Position numbers and translations under genes: made by a program. 64,000 nt of DNA from Chloroflexota bacterium. GTDB lineage: Bacteria; Chloroflexota; UBA11872; VXOZ01. This document shows, piece after piece, positions 59,040-64,000 of the stretch. Numbering within the stretch: the stretch's first letter is position 1; each line of letters begins with the position of its first letter. The notes under the pieces are model-generated. The model was given only the letters and a program-made list of their open reading frames with translations, did not search any database and was not told the DNA's origin. The DNA lies in contig OZ244922.1 of the NCBI GenBank assembly GCA_965221905.1, forward strand, positions 256,001-320,000. The letters are read 5' to 3'.

Positions 59040-59409
59040 GTGCTTCGGTAGTGATATACAAGAGGGCCAATGCCAGTGACCATCTGTTTCGGGGGTGCTG
59101 ATGGTGTTTTTAGGTCGCCAAGTACTATTTCTGGCAAGAGGAGGCAAGGAAATTGACTGGTTTAGAGCTAGGCGAATTGCTAGTTTCTCTGGTTGATGCT
59201 GCGGCTTTGCCATTGTTCGCGCTTGTTGTCATTCTCATGCTTCGGTCACCTCTGACAGAAGGGACCTCTTTCACGGATAGATTCACATGCAAGTACTGGC
59301 AGGTGGATGTCAGAGGGATCTCTAGGGAACCCACCAAGAAAGAGAGGTCACCGGAGGCGTTTGACGAGGAGTCTTCTTGGGACCCCACCTTCCCACGACG
59401 GCTGGATGA

Positions 59410-60144
59410 TCAAGAAGGAGCAGGCACCGTCAGGCGCAGGAGGATGGTGTTGTCTATTTCCAGGTTGCTGCCCCAGATGAGTCGGGCGGATTCGTCCCAT
59501 TCAATCCGGTTGTAGCCGTCCTTGGGCCGCACAGCGGCCTCCGACCACTCGGTGGCGGTCTCCCACTGGCTGGCGTCAAAGTCGGCACCGGCCCAGCCTG
59601 GAGGGGCCTCCGTGCTCTCGAACCGGCAGGCGGTGTTCGGATCCGCGGCCTTCTCGCACTCGGGATTCAGCGGCGCGCGATGGATCACCATCACCATCCA
59701 GTCCCCGTTCGTCACCGCTACAATCTTCCCGGTGCCGACATCTGTGATTTGCGCGATGATGCCGCCGTCGCCCATCTGTTGGTTGCGCTCTCCGATGTAC
59801 TCGAGTCCCGAATCAGTTTCCTTGAAGTCTTTGGCTTCAATGCCGATGGTCAGGGGATAGGCGGCGGTGAACGTGATGGTCTCGGCGTTGAAAGAGCGCT
59901 CTGTCGTGATGGGTGTCGAATCCTTGCCGACCAACTGTCCATTAACGTAGAGGGCGAACCAATTGTCGGCCCACACCTCAGCCACGAATTGGGACGTTGC
60001 GCTTTGGACGGAAGGTGGTTCCGTTGCATCGGGTACCGGGGAGGCGACCCCGGCTGTGGCGTCACCGTTGCCGGAACCACAGCCAACGGCCAACCACGTT
60101 ATTACCAGCAGCGCTAGAATGCTATTTGCAAGGGATTTGGACAT
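59410..60144 (-). CDS. Lipoprotein with a beta-sandwich (lectin-like) domain
   Basis: LAVGC lipobox; WADNWFALYVNG, GDGGIIAQ, ARLIW. Confidence 0.7.
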   Translation of the reverse strand: MSKSLANSILALLVITWLAVGCGSGNGDATAGVASPVPDATEPPSVQSATSQFVAEVWADNWFALYVNGQLVGKDSTPITTERSFNAETITFTAAYPLTIGIEAKDFKETDSGLEYIGERNQQMGDGGIIAQITDVGTGKIVAVTNGDWMVMVIHRAPLNPECEKAADPNTACRFESTEAPPGWAGADFDASQWETATEWSEAAVRPKDGYNRIEWDESARLIWGSNLEIDNTILLRLTVPAPS

Positions 60145-60740
60145 GCATCTTTCTCCTCTTCCACTCCGTTTTGGTTGGGTCATGGTCATCCGGCTCCACT
60201 TGCTATGGCGCCAAACCATGGCTCTATAGTCCGATTGGAACGAGCAACATCGCCGCATGGATTCTGCGGACGTAAGGAAGCCCGAGACACACTTCCCGCA
60301 CTACGTACACTGCTAGTGTAAACGGCATGGTTCAAGAAAGTATGAATATCACTCCCCCCTTAGTTTTGAGCTGCAAACTCGCTGGGGCTTTAGGATATGG
60401 ACTAGAGTACAATGGAATTCGTGTGACTGGGGACGAAATTCGGTTATGGGCCCCGATTGTTCGTGCTATGTTGAGCGAGCTGGGGGTCTTTGCATCGTGC
60501 GCAAGACTCCGCTGGCGCGTGTCCTGAATTCCCGGCCACCCATTGACGAGGATTGCACGAGTTTGTTGCTCGGAGGCTTTTCTTACTTGATTGGAATAGG
60601 GGCCCGGCGTTCACAGTAGAGGGGCTTCTCGCTGGTGAAGTGACCTTCGTAACGCTAAACGGCCAACCTTCCATTCATCATTCGTCACAACCGACACACG
60701 TTACTGTCCTAAGAAGACACTTTAAAGAGGTAGTACATCT

Positions 60741-62006
60741 ATGTTCGAGAAGACCGCACTGGCAAACGGAATGCGCGTGGTCACCTCCACACTGCCGCAT
60801 ACGCGCTCGGTATCGGTAATTGTATTGGTCCGTGCCGGTTCACGCTACGAAAACGAGCCCGAGGCCGGCATTGCCCATGTCTTTGAGCACATGCTCTTCA
60901 AAGGCAGTAAGAATTGGCCGACGGCGCAGATCGTGAGTGAGTCCATCGAGGGTGTTGGCGGATCGATGAACGCCAGCACCGACAAGGAAGTGGTGGACTA
61001 CTGGTGCCGGGTGGCCCAGCCGCACTATACGCTGGCGATGGAATTGCTCGCCGATATTTTCCTCCATCCGCTGCTCGAAGATGAAGAGCTAAAGCGCGAG
61101 CAGGGCGTGATCTTGGAAGAGTTGCGGATGTATCATGACGATCCTCGTAGCTGGGTGAGTATTTTGAGCGACGAAATCTGCTGGCCGGGACATCCGCTGG
61201 GCCGAGACATCGGCGGCAGCCCCGAGACTGTGCTGGGCATTACATCGGACATGATCCATGATTACCGCGGTCGCATGTACAGTCCGCAAAACACCGTGTT
61301 GTCGGTAGCAGGCAACGTCACACACGAGCAAGTTGTGGCTGATGCCGAGCGTCTCTACGGCGCTTGGACGAACGGAGCGCCGGGGGATTTCTTACCCTGG
61401 GAGGGTAACGGACAGGAGCCGGCCGCAATCGGCGAAGGGCGAGAATCGGTGGAACAGATGACTATGCTGCTTTCGTTCCCGGGCCTTTCGTTGTTCGATG
61501 AAGACCGCTATGCTCTGGGCCTCCTGAATACCGTGCTTGGCGAGGGCATGAGTTCTCGGCTCTTCCTGGAAGTCCGCGAGAAACGCGGTTTGGCATACAG
61601 TGTTGGCTCGTATCCGCGTCACCAGCTCGACACCGGTATCTTCACGGTGTATGGCGGCGTTGATCCGGACAACGCGCCGGATGCCCTGCGCTGCATCATG
61701 GACGAAATCAGAGGCCTGCAAAATCCGGTGCCGGAGACGGAACTGCGCAAGGCGAAGGAGTTTACCAAGGGGCATCTCCTGCTTGGCTTGGAGAGTACGC
61801 AAAGCGTGGGCGGATGGGGCGGCGTGCGCGAGCTCATTCACGGGGAACTCATCACGGCTGATGAGGCAGTGGCCCGCGTCGAAGCGGTGACCGTGGACGA
61901 GATTCAGCAAGTTGCCGAACGGCTCTTTACTTCCAATGCCGTCAAGCTCGCCGTTATGGGCCCGCGCGATCTCAGCCAGGAACTGCTACCGATTGTGACA
62001 CAGTGA
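60741..62006 (+). CDS. M16 family (pitrilysin-like) zinc peptidase
   Basis: GSRYE, HVFEH (HxxEH), SSRLFLEVREKRGLAYS. Confidence 0.95.
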   Translation: MFEKTALANGMRVVTSTLPHTRSVSVIVLVRAGSRYENEPEAGIAHVFEHMLFKGSKNWPTAQIVSESIEGVGGSMNASTDKEVVDYWCRVAQPHYTLAMELLADIFLHPLLEDEELKREQGVILEELRMYHDDPRSWVSILSDEICWPGHPLGRDIGGSPETVLGITSDMIHDYRGRMYSPQNTVLSVAGNVTHEQVVADAERLYGAWTNGAPGDFLPWEGNGQEPAAIGEGRESVEQMTMLLSFPGLSLFDEDRYALGLLNTVLGEGMSSRLFLEVREKRGLAYSVGSYPRHQLDTGIFTVYGGVDPDNAPDALRCIMDEIRGLQNPVPETELRKAKEFTKGHLLLGLESTQSVGGWGGVRELIHGELITADEAVARVEAVTVDEIQQVAERLFTSNAVKLAVMGPRDLSQELLPIVTQ

Positions 62007-62039
62007 TCTGCTGACACCAGATGCGGCGCCAAAAGAATC

Positions 62040-62552
62040 ATGTATTTCGACGGAAAGGCACGTCCATTTCGCCAAGGGCACTGCTTCAAGGTCTCGGCTG
62101 CCTTGCTGGGTATCTTCGCGCTCGCGTGCTTCCTCTTGGCGGGATGTACGCTCGGTGGCGATGAGGGCCTACGCTTGGAATTCGGGAGCAGCGTGCGTCT
62201 TAACGGCGGCGGCAATACGGCGATTACAGTTGTGGTGCGGAACGTCAGTGATAGGCTCTACACCGATGAGGAGGACATTGACGGGCGCGGCGAAGTGTTC
62301 AATGGCTCAGAACAGTTGCTGGCGCGGTTTGCGCAAGTACCGGTCGAGCGACTCGCGGCGGGCGAGGAGACGACACTCGCCACCTGGCAGGGCGTCCTCG
62401 AAGAGGGCACCTATCTCATGCGCTGGACCACACCCCGCCACGGCGGCGTGGAACTGGAATTCACTTTGCTGAAGCGCTTTGGGGTGCTGGAAGTCGGCGC
62501 CTATCGTGAACGGCAGATCGCCCCTGATGTTGCTGCTTCGTCTGCGCCGTGA
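62040..62552 (+). CDS. Hypothetical lipoprotein (Ig-like)
   Basis: LLAGC lipobox; beta-rich, GTYLMRW. Confidence 0.65.
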   Translation: MYFDGKARPFRQGHCFKVSAALLGIFALACFLLAGCTLGGDEGLRLEFGSSVRLNGGGNTAITVVVRNVSDRLYTDEEDIDGRGEVFNGSEQLLARFAQVPVERLAAGEETTLATWQGVLEEGTYLMRWTTPRHGGVELEFTLLKRFGVLEVGAYRERQIAPDVAASSAP

Positions 62553-62670
62553 TTCTAGGCGAGGTCGCACTCTTCTACACTGCTCGCTTTGGAGGAAAGT
62601 CACAGAGAGCGCGTCACCTTAGTAGGAACAGCCAGGATTTCGCTGAGTCATCAGTCTATGCAATGGGCGG

Positions 62671-63528
62671 TCAATCCTGAACAATCTTGGCGGCGCATCC
62701 TTGCTTACGGGCTTTGAGGACGATACCCACCGAGGAGGTTTCGCCGGTACGCGCCTTTGGCGGATCATCAAACGCAAAGAGCAGACTTCGTGCCCACCGA
62801 AGCAGGCGAGAGTCGCCTTGCTCTTGATCAAACCGGTTGCACGAGGGCAAGAATCCTCGTTCGATGATGTTCTTGCCGATCCCATAGAGCAAGAAGTGGG
62901 CGAACGGCAGGCAGCGCGGGGTCGTGAACCACAGGTTTTTGAGCGCAAATCCGGCAGCGCGCACACGGCCGGTTAGCTCTGCGGACGTATAGAGGCGCAC
63001 GTGATCCGCCCAGATGCCGGCAAGCCACCAGATGTGTGCCGGCACGTGCGTGCCGAAAACACGCTCTAACACCCAATTGAGCGGGTCCCACATGAATGGA
63101 TACTGCCGGTTGGGGACCGAGATGAGTAGCAACCCTCCATCGCGGAGCACGCGGTTCAGTTCCATGAGCACAGCACCGTCTTCGACGATGTGCTCCAGGA
63201 CTTCGGAGCATACAATCGCGTCGAACTCGCCTGACGCAAAGGGGAGAGATTGAGCGTCTGCACGCGCGATCTGTACGGCCATGCCGCGTGTGTGCTCTGC
63301 GGCTGCGGTGAGGTAGTCACGGCTATAGTCCACCACGACCACGGCTGCCTGGGGATAGAGTGCGGCAATTGCTCTGGCGTAGAACCCGCGACCGCAGCCC
63401 ACGTCGAGAATGCGGCCGGCGCCGGCAGGCTGAACGTGGCGCAGGATCAGGGCGGCTCTTGCGGCAAACGCCGGATCGAGTTCATGCGCCAAGAGAGCGG
63501 CTATGTTGCTGTCAAATGTAGTATTCAA
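62671..63528 (-). CDS. Class I SAM-dependent methyltransferase
   Basis: ILDVGCGRG, ADAQSLPF, CSEVLEH, RVLRDGG. Confidence 0.92.
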   Translation of the reverse strand: MNTTFDSNIAALLAHELDPAFAARAALILRHVQPAGAGRILDVGCGRGFYARAIAALYPQAAVVVVDYSRDYLTAAAEHTRGMAVQIARADAQSLPFASGEFDAIVCSEVLEHIVEDGAVLMELNRVLRDGGLLLISVPNRQYPFMWDPLNWVLERVFGTHVPAHIWWLAGIWADHVRLYTSAELTGRVRAAGFALKNLWFTTPRCLPFAHFLLYGIGKNIIERGFLPSCNRFDQEQGDSRLLRWARSLLFAFDDPPKARTGETSSVGIVLKARKQGCAAKIVQD

Positions 63529-63880
63529 GCTCTGCTAGCTTCAGACGGTGGCTTGCCAGTGACTGTTTTGGCATGAGCTATGCATCGAGTGAGCGATTGT
63601 CTGCAGCGAATGCGCTGAGTTCAAGCATAGAGTAGGTATCCGTCTTGCGGCATCCTTAGCTCCGGCTGGTTTACAGCGTAGCGTCGCGCCTACAATAGTA
63701 GTAGCAAACGTGCAGCCTGCCGGTAACAGTCTACCTTACGTCGTTCTTGATCTCTCCCTATGTTGCCGAACGCCAAACGAGCACGCGCACCCTGGCGTCG
63801 ATTGACAACAATTCATGCCGTGAGTCGGTGCCGTTCCCTCTAGAACACGTTCTGGAAGATACGCACGTAGATAGAACACC

Positions 63881-64000
63881 ATGCGAATACTCTATCTCAC
63901 AACCTACTATCTGCCGCACAGCAGCGGGATTACCGCTTACATGCACCGCGTTGCGCGGGGGCTGGTTCAGCGCGGCCATGCGGTCACGGTGCTGACGTCC
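63881..64000 (+). CDS. Glycosyltransferase family 4 N-terminus (truncated by the window end)
   Basis: MRILYLTTYYLPHSSGITAYMHRVARGLVQRGHAVTVLTS. Confidence 0.8.
   Translation, partial: MRILYLTTYYLPHSSGITAYMHRVARGLVQRGHAVTVLTS

Noticed and set aside
59153-59515. Membrane protein ORF
   Set aside because: Only the first ~30 codons look like a TM protein start and the rest overlaps another gene; at most a decayed fragment
62591-62605. RNase P RNA signature GAGGAAAGTC
   Set aside because: Short intergenic space, not followed by C-GGGC, and no complementary 3' P4 strand
63842-63853. LexA box (AGAACACGTTCT; also GAAC-N6-GTTC at about 31250)
   Set aside because: Spacing is not the GAAC-N4-GTTC expected for Gram-positive-type LexA

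Overview
GC-rich bacterial chromosomal segment, most consistent with a Chloroflexota genome. This is inferred from a PBP1A with C-terminal Ig-like domains, orphan Tat-lipoprotein sugar-binding proteins, a PhyH expansion and a secreted 'CQFVLGF' domain. It is probably origin-proximal, given a perfect parS, recF, dciA and minus-strand translation genes. Core content: tRNA-Thr-tuf-rpmG-secE-nusG-rplK-rplA; an unusual ftsE-ftsX-ftsE'-M23-PBP1A cell-wall cluster; murE, a purH-like gene, nadA and recF. Accessory content: two tandem PhyH dioxygenase pairs, GH32, a CocE/NonD hydrolase with a duplicated 3' end, an ABC-2 exporter, vapBC, an orphan antitoxin with a doc remnant, and UDG-like and DUF2806 genes. 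Intergenic DNA carries at least five families of short palindromic REP-like repeats. Most striking are (i) ~23-nt 'GCCTG...' micro-elements inserted into the loops of these repeats, including a Russian-doll double nesting, (ii) two unannotated small RNA/peptide units at 24.9-26.0 kb, (iii) a second FtsE with a degenerate D-loop, and (iv) an abrupt codon-usage switch inside tuf. No CRISPR array, rRNA or intact transposase was seen. All calls are from motif recognition by eye, without database searches.
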